Part shown: positions 1 to 8,358 of the stretch, piece after piece
Numbering within the stretch: the first letter of the stretch is position 1
Layout of the letters: every line of letters begins with the position of its first letter
IMG/VR virus record: IMGVR_UViG_3300043803_001519
Location: 1-53,318 of that record
Source: a virus
Lineage: Duplodnaviria; Caudoviricetes
Length of the DNA stretch: 53,318 nucleotides
Direction: 5' to 3' (one strand)
Made by a program: the position numbers and the translations under genes
The notes under the pieces: generated by a model
The model's database searches: none
What the model saw: the letters and a program-made list of their open reading frames with translations, nothing else
Told to the model about the DNA's origin: nothing

Positions 1-1
1 A

Positions 2-298
2 CTCGAGATCAACCCCTGGGGGTATATAGACCCACCAATTCTGGTGACCGCTTCGACGTGCTCACTCTGCCAGGCCTTTTATCAACCTTTCAACGAATAT
101 GATGATGACCCTTGCCAGAAGTGCCCGCTTTACCAGGCTCGTGGGAATATTCCTTGCGATGCCGAGCGGGATGACGAAGAGCTCGCCCCGTATTACGAGT
201 TCTTCCAGGGAGACGAGACTCCAGAGCCCATGATTTCCTGGCTCCGCAAGACCCTTGACTTCGTCACTGAGCAACAGCGCAACAAGGAATCCCGCTGA
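2..298 (+). CDS. Hypothetical phage protein with Cys motifs, 5'-truncated by the window
   Basis: The frame is open from base 2 (LEINPWGYIDPPILVTASTCSLCQ...CQKCPLY...C). The stop overlaps the next start (TGATG). Confidence 0.6.
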   Translation, partial: LEINPWGYIDPPILVTASTCSLCQAFYQPFNEYDDDPCQKCPLYQARGNIPCDAERDDEELAPYYEFFQGDETPEPMISWLRKTLDFVTEQQRNKESR

Positions 299-498
299 TG
301 AGCAACGAGTTCTTCGCCACCATCATGACAACCATCGTCGTCACTGGCGCTTGCATCGTTTACGGGGCATTCATCCTGATTGCCACCCAAGCCGACATCG
401 CCGAAAACTGCGAGCGCTACGGCGCCTTCTACGTCAACGACGACCGCTACGAGTGCCGGCCGGCGACGTTCAACCAGCCGCAAGGGGAGACGCCATGA
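298..498 (+). CDS. Small membrane protein (one N-terminal TM helix)
   Basis: Hydrophobic stretch FFATIMTTIVVTGACIVYGAFILIA, AAGGA RBS, translationally coupled to both neighbours. Confidence 0.65.
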   Translation: MSNEFFATIMTTIVVTGACIVYGAFILIATQADIAENCERYGAFYVNDDRYECRPATFNQPQGETP

Positions 499-773
499 CC
501 ACCGTAGGCAAGATCGAGCAGTTGGCGAATGGCACGATACAGGACGCCCAGACCGTACCAGTGTCCGTGCTGGCCGAGCGCGACGCCTTGCGCGCCGAGG
601 TCGGGCGGCTGCGTAACTGCGTCACGAATCTCCGGGAGCTGCTCCTCCACATGCCACCCCCTGCGTCGATCCGCGACAGCAGCCACCCCCGGCACGGCGA
701 CTACTACGACGAGGACTACGCCTACTGGTACTACGGTGAGCGCCTCGACGCCCTTGACGAGGTCAACGTATGA
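495..773 (+). CDS. Hypothetical protein with coiled coil
   Basis: ATG at 495 after GGGGAGA, ATGA overlaps at both ends, heptad LAERDALRAEVGRLR. Confidence 0.65.
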   Translation: MTTVGKIEQLANGTIQDAQTVPVSVLAERDALRAEVGRLRNCVTNLRELLLHMPPPASIRDSSHPRHGDYYDEDYAYWYYGERLDALDEVNV

Positions 774-862
774 AGGCCATCGGCGGCATCCTGTGGGGGC
801 TCTTGCTCTCCACTATCATCATCACATTCTTGAGCGCACTCGCGAGGATTCTCATCTCGTGA
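770..862 (+). CDS. 30-aa hydrophobic peptide (MKAIGGILWGLLLSTIIITFLSALARILIS)
   Basis: Not in the ORF track. It fills the gap exactly, with an ATGA overlap and GAGG upstream; the next gene starts 2 nt after its stop. Confidence 0.55.
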   Translation: MKAIGGILWGLLLSTIIITFLSALARILIS

Positions 863-864
863 CC

Positions 865-1107
865 ATGAAACTCTGGTTACTCAAGCCTCTCAGCGAGAAG
901 CCCTGGGTCCCCTGGTACGACAAGTGCTTCGGTATGGTCGTCCGGGCTGCCACTGAGCCCGAGGCCCGCCGCTGGGCCAGTATGTACGGCGGTGACGAGG
1001 GCGAGGAACCCTGGCTCAACTCCAGCGACAGTACCTGCGTCGAGCTCCTCGCCGACTACCACGGCGCCGAACCTGGCCCAATCCTCATCGACATCCACTC
1101 CGCATGA
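865..1107 (+). CDS. Hypothetical phage protein (MKLWLLKP...WYDKCFGMVVRAATEPEAR)
   Basis: ATG at 865, coding-like codon usage, ATGA overlap with the next gene. Confidence 0.65.
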   Translation: MKLWLLKPLSEKPWVPWYDKCFGMVVRAATEPEARRWASMYGGDEGEEPWLNSSDSTCVELLADYHGAEPGPILIDIHSA

Positions 1108-1328
1108 ACGCCGACAACTACGTCTACGTCGACGAGAGCGGGCCAGCCATTGCGGTCTACGCAGCCAGCGGGGAGGTCCCGGCTCGCGTGTTCGTCGTCG
1201 GGGAAGAGAACCGCCAGTACGAGCAAGACCAGGTCTTCGAGGACATCCACGATGCCCGCCGCTATGCCGAGCGTTATGCCGCCGCCCTGGCGACCACGCT
1301 CGGTTGCGACTGGGGCACTAACTACTAG
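1104..1328 (+). CDS. Hypothetical acidic protein
   Basis: 74-aa ORF coupled to the upstream gene. Confidence 0.65.
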   Translation: MNADNYVYVDESGPAIAVYAASGEVPARVFVVGEENRQYEQDQVFEDIHDARRYAERYAAALATTLGCDWGTNY

Positions 1329-1481
1329 GAACCGCTCGCGCGCCCGGAGGGCTCCGGGATAAGCCCCGAACGAGCAGAGTGACTACTGAAGGTTCGCGAA
1401 CGGCGTGTCCCAGTCACGTCCGTAAGCCCTCTGGCCCGGAGGTGACTTAGTCACAGGGCAACCACATCACAAGGAGGCTTC

Positions 1482-1910
1482 ATGACCCAGCGCGACCCCA
1501 ACGGCATCAGCCAGCACGCGCCAGGCGCCAAACTCGACGCCGGCAAGACCCCGATCGTCAAGGGCCTCCTGGCCCAGTTCCCGCACGCCTGTACCGAAGT
1601 CGCCGAGATCTCCGCCTACGGCGCCCAGAAGTACACCTGGGGCGGCTGGCGCTCCGTGCCCGACGCGAACACGCGCTACCTCGACGCTCTTGGTCGGCAC
1701 CTCATCATGTACCTCTGCGGCGAAGACCTCGACCGCGAGTCGCAGCGCATGCACCTGGCCCACATGGCCTGGAATGCGCTTGCCGTACTCGAGCTCAGCC
1801 TCACTGAGATCGAAGAAGCCTACATTCCGGCCACTGCCCCCGACAAGATCGTCACTCAACTCGACGACAGTTGGGAGATCGTCAAGGCCACCGAGTTCCA
1901 CAACGAGTAA
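1482..1910 (+). CDS. dATP/dGTP diphosphohydrolase-domain protein (DUF5664-like)
   Basis: Motifs GAKLDAGK, YGAQKY..GGW, RYLDALGRH and DRES..HLAHMAWNAL; strong AAGGAGG RBS. Confidence 0.85.
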   Translation: MTQRDPNGISQHAPGAKLDAGKTPIVKGLLAQFPHACTEVAEISAYGAQKYTWGGWRSVPDANTRYLDALGRHLIMYLCGEDLDRESQRMHLAHMAWNALAVLELSLTEIEEAYIPATAPDKIVTQLDDSWEIVKATEFHNE

Positions 1911-1920
1911 GGAGTCCCTC

Positions 1921-2340
1921 ATGGGAGACCGTGCCCTCATCCAGTTCGTCAGTTGGCCTTCTTCCGACCCCAGCCTCATCAAGAAACGGTGCGAGGTCCA
2001 GGACGGCAGCTACAGTCCCGTCGTCTACCTCCACTGGATGGGGGAAGACGTTCCTCGCCTTCTCTCGGCGCTGCAGACCCTCATGGGGGACCGCCAGGGC
2101 GACGTCGACTACACCGCCGCCCGTTGTATCGGGCTTGCCTGCCAAAAGACTCCCGGCAACCTGAGCGTAGGTGTTTTCAACTCAGGCAACCGCGTCTGGT
2201 GGGGCCAGGGCGACACCCACGGCGACGCCGGCGTCATCCTCGTGAACGTTCACCCCAACCACTGGTTCGAGACCCACTGCGAGGGCGGCTACATGACCCC
2301 CGAGCTCATCAAGGAGGGCATTGTCCATGGTATCGCTTGA
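1921..2340 (+). CDS. Conserved phage hypothetical protein (MGDRA...VYLHW type)
   Basis: ATG at 1921 after TAAGGAG; SPVVYLHWMG and GDAGV motifs. Confidence 0.7.
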   Translation: MGDRALIQFVSWPSSDPSLIKKRCEVQDGSYSPVVYLHWMGEDVPRLLSALQTLMGDRQGDVDYTAARCIGLACQKTPGNLSVGVFNSGNRVWWGQGDTHGDAGVILVNVHPNHWFETHCEGGYMTPELIKEGIVHGIA

Positions 2341-2752
2341 GCCCAACCTGCCCACGATGCTCATTGCCGCCATGCGGAAGTACGGCATCGCCCGCATCGA
2401 AGTCGAGTACAGCGGCTACGGCGACAGCGGCCAGATCGATTACGTCTACTTCTACGGCACCGGCGGCAAGGACTTCGATGCTACCGGCCTCACGGTCCCC
2501 GGCTACCAGAAGAATTACGACTGGCAGACCAAAGATTACATCGTCCACAAGGAGGACTACCTTACCGAGCTTGCCCAGGACGTCGTCTGGTATTGGCTCG
2601 AAGAGGCCCACGGCGGCTGGGAAATCGACGAGGGCTCCGACGGCAAGTACGCGCTCACCCTCGACGAGAACGTTCTTGCCGTCGCTAACACGCACAACAA
2701 CCACTTTACCCAGACCGACACGGAAGAGTCCGATTTCGAGGTGACGCCATGA
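2327..2752 (+). CDS. DUF6878-like acidic protein
   Basis: IEVEYSGYGDSGQID and GGWEIDEGSDG motifs; AAGGAGG RBS. Confidence 0.65.
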   Translation: MVSLEPNLPTMLIAAMRKYGIARIEVEYSGYGDSGQIDYVYFYGTGGKDFDATGLTVPGYQKNYDWQTKDYIVHKEDYLTELAQDVVWYWLEEAHGGWEIDEGSDGKYALTLDENVLAVANTHNNHFTQTDTEESDFEVTP

Positions 2753-3966
2753 TCAGCTTCACGACGCCTGGTCTCATCGACATGCGGGCGTTCACGCACT
2801 TCGGTGTGAACGCCAAGGAGAACACCAACCCCATCGGCTACTTCGGCACCGGCCTCAAGTACGCCCTGGCGGTCCTGGCCCGGCACGACGCCCGCGTTAC
2901 CATCAACCGCGGCGGCCAGGATTACACGCTCCGCGTCCGCCCCGGCAACATGCGCGGCAAGGAGTTCTCGTTCATCGACCTCGTCAGCGGCGACGAGGTC
3001 ATCGAGTTGCCGTTCACCACTGAGCTCGGCAAGAACTGGGAGCTCTGGATGGCGTTCCGGGAGCTCTACTCGAACACCCTCGACGAGAACGGCATGGTTC
3101 TCGAAAAGATGCCGAGTGTTGACGAGTCCAACGTGACGGTCATCGTCGTCGACCACCCCGAGTTCGATGCGATCTGGGCCGAGAAGGGCGAGTACTTCCT
3201 TGATACGAAGGGTCGCACTCCGCTCGCCAGACTCAAGGATATCGAGATCTACCGCCGTTGCACTGCTCAAGGCGCCATCTTCATGCAGGGGATCCGCGTC
3301 GGCACCACCGACGGCGACTCCCTCTTCACCTACAACCTCACGAAGAACAAGCGTCTTACCGAAGATCGCGCGCTCGCCGACGACTCGGCTTTCCGTATGA
3401 CCATCGTCGGCCAGCTCCGCGAACTCGATAGCACGCACGAGAAGTTTCTTCGTGAGATCCTCGTCGCCCCTTCGCGGAGCTATGAGGGCCGACTTGATCA
3501 CCGCTTCGGCCTCAACTACGACAAGGCGACAGACTTCTACAATGGCTTCGTCTCCAACCTCGTTCGTGATCGCGTTGCGGGCCTCAACCCGACCCTGGCG
3601 GGCTACGTCAGGCTCTACAACATCGATGGCGGGGTCGCCCCTGACGAGGTCCAGCCCAGCGAGCTCGATACCAGGCGGCTCACCAAGGCCATCTCTTTCT
3701 GCAAGTCCCTCGGCTTCCTGGTCGACAAGTACCCCATCAGGGTTTTTGCCCCGGGGGACTCCAGTCTGCTTGGCATGGCCATCGACGGCCAGATCTGGGT
3801 CTCGGCCCAGAGTTTCCGCCAGGGCACCAAGAACCTGGCCGGTACCCTGATCGAGGAGTACATCCACCTCGAGCATGGGCTCCAGGACGAGACCCGCGGC
3901 CTGCAGAACTTCCTGGTCGACACCGTCGTCTCCTTCGGTGAGCGCATCATCGGGGAGCCCCTGTGA
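2749..3966 (+). CDS. GHKL/HATPase-like ATP-binding protein with C-terminal zincin-like segment
   Basis: N-terminal FGVNAK...IGYFGTGLKYA glycine loop and later WMAFRELYSNTLDE; C-terminal TLIEEYIHLEHG. Confidence 0.65.
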   Translation: MISFTTPGLIDMRAFTHFGVNAKENTNPIGYFGTGLKYALAVLARHDARVTINRGGQDYTLRVRPGNMRGKEFSFIDLVSGDEVIELPFTTELGKNWELWMAFRELYSNTLDENGMVLEKMPSVDESNVTVIVVDHPEFDAIWAEKGEYFLDTKGRTPLARLKDIEIYRRCTAQGAIFMQGIRVGTTDGDSLFTYNLTKNKRLTEDRALADDSAFRMTIVGQLRELDSTHEKFLREILVAPSRSYEGRLDHRFGLNYDKATDFYNGFVSNLVRDRVAGLNPTLAGYVRLYNIDGGVAPDEVQPSELDTRRLTKAISFCKSLGFLVDKYPIRVFAPGDSSLLGMAIDGQIWVSAQSFRQGTKNLAGTLIEEYIHLEHGLQDETRGLQNFLVDTVVSFGERIIGEPL

Positions 3967-4163
3967 AAGAAAGCGTGGAGGCCGTCACCCTTCGGTTGCG
4001 CCAGGAAGGCCGCACCGACGACTACATCGCGTCTTACCTGAGAGGCTACTTCTCCGATGCCCTCTTCGCGCCGCCTTCTCGCCCCCCACCGGCCTCCAAG
4101 GTTTCACGCAAGAAAGGCTCGGCTGCGGAAGGCCGGGATACTGATCCGGGTCTTCCGGGTTAG
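3963..4163 (+). CDS. Hypothetical protein
   Basis: GTGA overlap with the upstream gene and GGGAG upstream. The region has competing frames. Confidence 0.45.
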   Translation: MKESVEAVTLRLRQEGRTDDYIASYLRGYFSDALFAPPSRPPPASKVSRKKGSAAEGRDTDPGLPG

Positions 4164-4336
4164 CCGCTACGAGATCTTCGTCCACGGTGTCCTGGTCGTC
4201 TCCCGGCTGCACCGTATCCCCCACCACAAGGTGGAGTCACTTCGTCCGGTCGTGATCCTCTGGGGCAAGGCGCTCCAGGAGGCCGAGCGCATTCATGCCC
4301 TACTTCGGCAGTGGCACAACATCAACAGGGGTATGT

Positions 4337-4579
4337 ATGGTGCTGTTACGTGGAAAGTACCTCGTTCTGGCTGCCGAGCTGACGGCGCTTATTGCGCTAC
4401 AGGTGGTCTATCTGGTAAAACGCCGGCGCAAGAAGCCGCGCGGGGGGACTGCCCATTCTGTCAACGGGCAGCCGGTCGTCTCCGCGCAATCGCTGAACTC
4501 CCAGTCGCCCCGCCGGTCCGAGGAGCCCGAATTCCGTTATACGCCTCCGCCTGCGGCAGCCCCGCCTACGACTGAGTAG
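4337..4579 (+). CDS. Possible small membrane protein
   Basis: ATG after AGGGGT; hydrophobic YLVLAAELTALIALQVVYLV followed by KRRRKK. Overlaps the alternative ORF 4057-4575. Confidence 0.35.
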   Translation: MVLLRGKYLVLAAELTALIALQVVYLVKRRRKKPRGGTAHSVNGQPVVSAQSLNSQSPRRSEEPEFRYTPPPAAAPPTTE

Positions 4580-4662
4580 GGTGGATCGCCTGTGAGAACC
4601 AACCCGAACATCCTTCCTGGCACAGGGCCAGGGCCGGGACTTGCCTTCCAGAAAGACAAGGG

Positions 4663-7020
4663 ATGAGATTCGATTTTCTCTCGGCGGCCCTGCCGCTGAC
4701 CAAGGCCTTCAACCTGCGTGACGACGGGACCTACGAGTCCCAGGCCTACCCGCTGGTCCGGAACATGACTTCGACCTCGGTCGAGGCCGCCGGTCCTGCG
4801 GAGCTGCTCCAGGCGATCCAGGAACACGGCGCCTCCGGCAACTGTCTGCTCAAGGGGCTCCTCAAGGACCCCATCAGCAACCAGTCCCGGGCCGGCATGA
4901 CCGACCCTCGGACACCTACTCACTGGATCGTCTTTGACCTCGACCGGATCGCCGGCGCCTTCGCCAGCGCCGAGGCGTTCATTGCCGCCCTGCCTCCGGC
5001 GTTCCACGACGTCACCTACATCCACCAGTACTCGGCGTCCTACGGCATTACCAAGACCACCTACCGGGCCCATCTCTTCTTCCTCCTGGCCCGTCCTGTC
5101 TCGCCGCTTGTCCTCAAGGAGTGGTTCGCCGGGCTCTGCTACCACACTGAGCCACTGCGTCACTTGGTCACGTTGAGCACGAACAACCTCGCGCTCAGCC
5201 TGCCGGTCGACCACACCGTGGCCCAGAACGACAAGCTGATCTACATCGCTCCGCCCGACTGCCGCAACTTCACTGACCCCGTCACCGAGCGGCTGTCCCT
5301 CGTGGCCAAGGGCGCTGACTTCGTCCAGTACGACTTCCCCGCCCTGGTCCCGTCGCTCTCCGCGGCCCACGACGAGCTCCTCGCCGAGCTGCGCGAGAAG
5401 GCGGGGCTCCCGGCGCGCAAGCCGAAGCTTAAGCTCCTGAACGGCGAGGAAGTCCTGACGAACCCGGACGGCGTAGTCGTCACCGACATCAAGGAGCAGA
5501 ACGGCTACATCCGCCTCAACCTCAACGGTGGCGACTCCTGGGCCTACTTCTTCGACCCGGAGAACCCGCGCCTCGTCAAGAACTTCAAGGGGGAGCCGAA
5601 CCTGCTCCTGACCGACATCGCCCCGGACCTGTACCGCAAGGCGCGCGACATGATGCCGGCGCCGACCAAGAAGACCTCGTACGTCTTCCGTGACCCGGCG
5701 TCCGATCAGTGGTACGCCGGCGTCTACGACCCGTACCTCCGGGCCTGGGAGCTGCTGGCTCCCATCGGCAGCTACGAGAAGATCAAGGCGTTCTTCGCCA
5801 CCCGCGGCGGCATTGCCCCGGACGCCGAGCAGATCCCGGACTGGGACTACGAGTTCCGCCCGTACGAAGACGAGGTCTGCGACCCGCCGCGGAAGTTCGT
5901 CAACCGCTTCCAGCCGACTGACTTCATGCGGCTCGCTCCCAGGAACAACACTTTGCCGGCAACTGCCGCCAAGATCCTCAAGAGCGTCGTCGGCGGGGAC
6001 GAAATCGTCATGGACGCCCTCATCAACTGGCTCGCGTGCATCTTCCAGTACCGCACCAAGATCGGCACGGCCTGGGTCCTGTCCGGCGTCCAGGGCACCG
6101 GCAAGGGCCTGCTGATCCACGAGCTGCTGCGCCCGCTTTTCGGCCCTACCTGCGTGGCCAAGCAGCTCCACCACTTCTCGGACCAGTTCAACGCCTTCCT
6201 CGAGACGTCCCTCATCGTCAACGTCGACGAGGTGCGGCTCGACTCCTCCCGCGGCGAGTCGGCCAAGCTCCTGGCCATGGTGAAGAACCTCATCACCGAG
6301 CCTACGGTCGACATCCGGTCGATGCGCCAGAACAGCCGCCAGGCCAAGTCGTACTCGAACTTCATCTTCACGTCGAACGACTACGACGCGATGCGCATCG
6401 ACCGCACCGACCGCCGCTTCAACATCGCGCCGCGCCAGGAGACCCCGATCTCCGTCACCCAGGCCGAGGTCGACGCCCTCAAGCTCGAGCTCTTTGACTT
6501 CGCCGGGTTCCTTGCTTCCTACCCGGCGGACCTCGACCGGGCCCGGCGCCCCATCGAGACGGAGGCCAAGGAAATCATGCGCAAGCACGGGCTCGACAGC
6601 GTCGAGCAGCTCGTCGACGCCGTCCTCGGCGGCGACCTGTCCTTCGTCATCCGCATGCTCTCCTTCGGGATGGACTTCCGCGAGTCCGGCGTCTGGGTCG
6701 AGGTCGACAAGGTCGTCCGCAGATGGGCCGAGGCTGCCAACACCGGCAAGGTGTGCGTCATCCGCCGCCGCGATCTCTACATGCTGTACCGCTACGGCTA
6801 CGACGCGAACGCGAAGCCGCAGAGGTTCAACCGCATGCTCGAACACAAGAACTTCCCGCCCGTCAGCCAGTGGCTCGACGAGCTGTCTGGCCGCTACGTG
6901 CTGGGCACCGTCACGGTGTGGAAGTGCGATCCCGAAGTCCTGCAGGAGTACGCCAGCTCGAAGGAAGAGGACACCAAGCCTGCCACCATCGTCCAGTTTC
7001 CCCGCGCTGCATCCGAATGA
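4663..7020 (+). CDS. Primase(-polymerase)/SF3 helicase fusion
   Basis: AEP-like motifs WIVFDLD, QYSAS and RAHLFF; Walker A SGVQGTGKG, Walker B VNVDE, motif C FIFTSN, DRTDRRF. Confidence 0.85.
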   Translation: MRFDFLSAALPLTKAFNLRDDGTYESQAYPLVRNMTSTSVEAAGPAELLQAIQEHGASGNCLLKGLLKDPISNQSRAGMTDPRTPTHWIVFDLDRIAGAFASAEAFIAALPPAFHDVTYIHQYSASYGITKTTYRAHLFFLLARPVSPLVLKEWFAGLCYHTEPLRHLVTLSTNNLALSLPVDHTVAQNDKLIYIAPPDCRNFTDPVTERLSLVAKGADFVQYDFPALVPSLSAAHDELLAELREKAGLPARKPKLKLLNGEEVLTNPDGVVVTDIKEQNGYIRLNLNGGDSWAYFFDPENPRLVKNFKGEPNLLLTDIAPDLYRKARDMMPAPTKKTSYVFRDPASDQWYAGVYDPYLRAWELLAPIGSYEKIKAFFATRGGIAPDAEQIPDWDYEFRPYEDEVCDPPRKFVNRFQPTDFMRLAPRNNTLPATAAKILKSVVGGDEIVMDALINWLACIFQYRTKIGTAWVLSGVQGTGKGLLIHELLRPLFGPTCVAKQLHHFSDQFNAFLETSLIVNVDEVRLDSSRGESAKLLAMVKNLITEPTVDIRSMRQNSRQAKSYSNFIFTSNDYDAMRIDRTDRRFNIAPRQETPISVTQAEVDALKLELFDFAGFLASYPADLDRARRPIETEAKEIMRKHGLDSVEQLVDAVLGGDLSFVIRMLSFGMDFRESGVWVEVDKVVRRWAEAANTGKVCVIRRRDLYMLYRYGYDANAKPQRFNRMLEHKNFPPVSQWLDELSGRYVLGTVTVWKCDPEVLQEYASSKEEDTKPATIVQFPRAASE

Positions 7021-7403
7021 CCCCCGTTGAGCCAGAGACCAACCTCATCCAGCTCGCCGCTTCCGGCGACCACCCAGTCGTGGACATGTCCGTCTACTGC
7101 ACTTCCGTGATCTACGGATCGTGCGTGATGGTCACACCCCAGGCCACGGCCGCTACGATTCGCGAGCGCCGCGACTCGCTACTCACCAGCATGTCAGCGG
7201 CAATCTCGCACGCACTCAACGACACCAAGGGCGAGATCATATCGATCTCGTTCAAGCACAGCGTCAAGTACGGCCGCGCCAAGGACGCTCGCGCCGTGCG
7301 CGACGTCGTCGCGTACCCACGCCACAAGCACGGCACCGGCAAGCCTTACGTCCTGCTCTGCGAGCCAGGCTGGCTGCCCGATGACGGGGAGGTAATCCAT
7401 TGA
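7017..7403 (+). CDS. Hypothetical protein
   Basis: ATGA overlap with the primase stop and TTGA overlap with the next gene. Confidence 0.6.
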   Translation: MTPVEPETNLIQLAASGDHPVVDMSVYCTSVIYGSCVMVTPQATAATIRERRDSLLTSMSAAISHALNDTKGEIISISFKHSVKYGRAKDARAVRDVVAYPRHKHGTGKPYVLLCEPGWLPDDGEVIH

Positions 7404-8107
7404 TCACTGCATGGTCCTGGTCGCGGCTCGAGGTCTTCGAGAAATGCCCTTACCAGGCGTACCTGAAGTTCTACGAGAAGCGCCCGGAGCCCGAGAATCC
7501 CAGGCGCGACGCCGCGCTTTCTCGCGGCACCCTGTTGCACGAGGCCGCCGAGGCCTACATCCGCGGCGAGCTCAAAGACGCCGACATGTCGCCCTTCAAG
7601 CGGGTGATGGCTGATCTGGACAAGAGCCGGGACCTGTTCGCCCAGGGCAGGGCCCGCGTGGAAGAGGAGTGGGCATTCGATGTCGAGTGGCAGCGTACAG
7701 AGTGGTCAGCTCCAACTACCTGGCTTCGAGTCAAGACCGACGTGTGCCAGGAACCCACTGACGACCTCACCGTCGGCGAGGTCATCGACTGGAAGTCCGG
7801 CAAGAAGGAAGGCAACGAGATCAAGCACATCCAGCAGGGGCAGCTCTATGCAGCAACTGCCTTTGTTTGGCAGCCCCAGTACGACGTAGTCTCGGTAAAG
7901 TTCCGCTACGTCGACCACAGCGAGAAGCTCGACCGCACTTACACGCGCGCCCAGGGCGCCCAGTTCCTCGATGCCTTCACCAAGCGCGCCAAGCGCATGA
8001 CCGAGGCCGAGGTCTTCCCGGCGAAGCCGAACAAGATCAACTGCAAGTACTGCCCCTACGGGGTAGCGAACGGAGACGGGTCGTGCCTGCACGCAGCAGT
8101 ACCTTGA
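7400..8107 (+). CDS. PD-(D/E)XK exonuclease, Cas4/RecB/AddB-like with Fe-S cysteines
   Basis: WSWSRL..FEKCP, RGTLLHEAAE, KTD...VIDWKSGK, QGQLYA, CKYCPY...C. Confidence 0.85.
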   Translation: MITAWSWSRLEVFEKCPYQAYLKFYEKRPEPENPRRDAALSRGTLLHEAAEAYIRGELKDADMSPFKRVMADLDKSRDLFAQGRARVEEEWAFDVEWQRTEWSAPTTWLRVKTDVCQEPTDDLTVGEVIDWKSGKKEGNEIKHIQQGQLYAATAFVWQPQYDVVSVKFRYVDHSEKLDRTYTRAQGAQFLDAFTKRAKRMTEAEVFPAKPNKINCKYCPYGVANGDGSCLHAAVP

Positions 8108-8358
8108 CCAAGGAAGCGGCCATTGAGATTCTTGCTGGCGTTGCCGCCGAGCAAGTCACTGAGCTCGTTCTCTTTGATCACGACGACTCCGAACTGCTCG
8201 CTTTTCTATACCACCTCATGTACGACTCCTACACCGACGAAGAGGCTGTCGCCCACGCCAACGACATCCTCGAGTCCCGACTCGATTCCATCGACGAACC
8301 GGAGCGCGATCTTGAGCTCGATTCCACCTCTCTTCTCCCACCAACAGGAGACGATTAG
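8104..8358 (+). CDS. Small, very acidic protein
   Basis: TTG start overlaps the nuclease stop. 84 aa, about 23 D/E against 3 K/R (hand count). Confidence 0.55.
   Translation: MTKEAAIEILAGVAAEQVTELVLFDHDDSELLAFLYHLMYDSYTDEEAVAHANDILESRLDSIDEPERDLELDSTSLLPPTGDD

Noticed and set aside
1329-1460. Match to tRNA, twister/hammerhead ribozyme, ZTP or c-di-GMP riboswitch
   Set aside because: Only fragments of the consensus motifs are present (GGTTC, TAAGCCC, CAGGGCAACC), without the required architecture.
7400-8107. Cas4-like gene as evidence of a CRISPR-Cas system
   Set aside because: Stand-alone Cas4/RecB-like nucleases are common in phage replication modules, and no array or other cas genes are present.
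8123-8311. Extended helicase N-terminus from the ORF track
   Set aside because: The Ser/Thr-rich translation looks off-frame. The acidic ORF 8104-8358 and an RBS-supported TTG at 8312 fit better.
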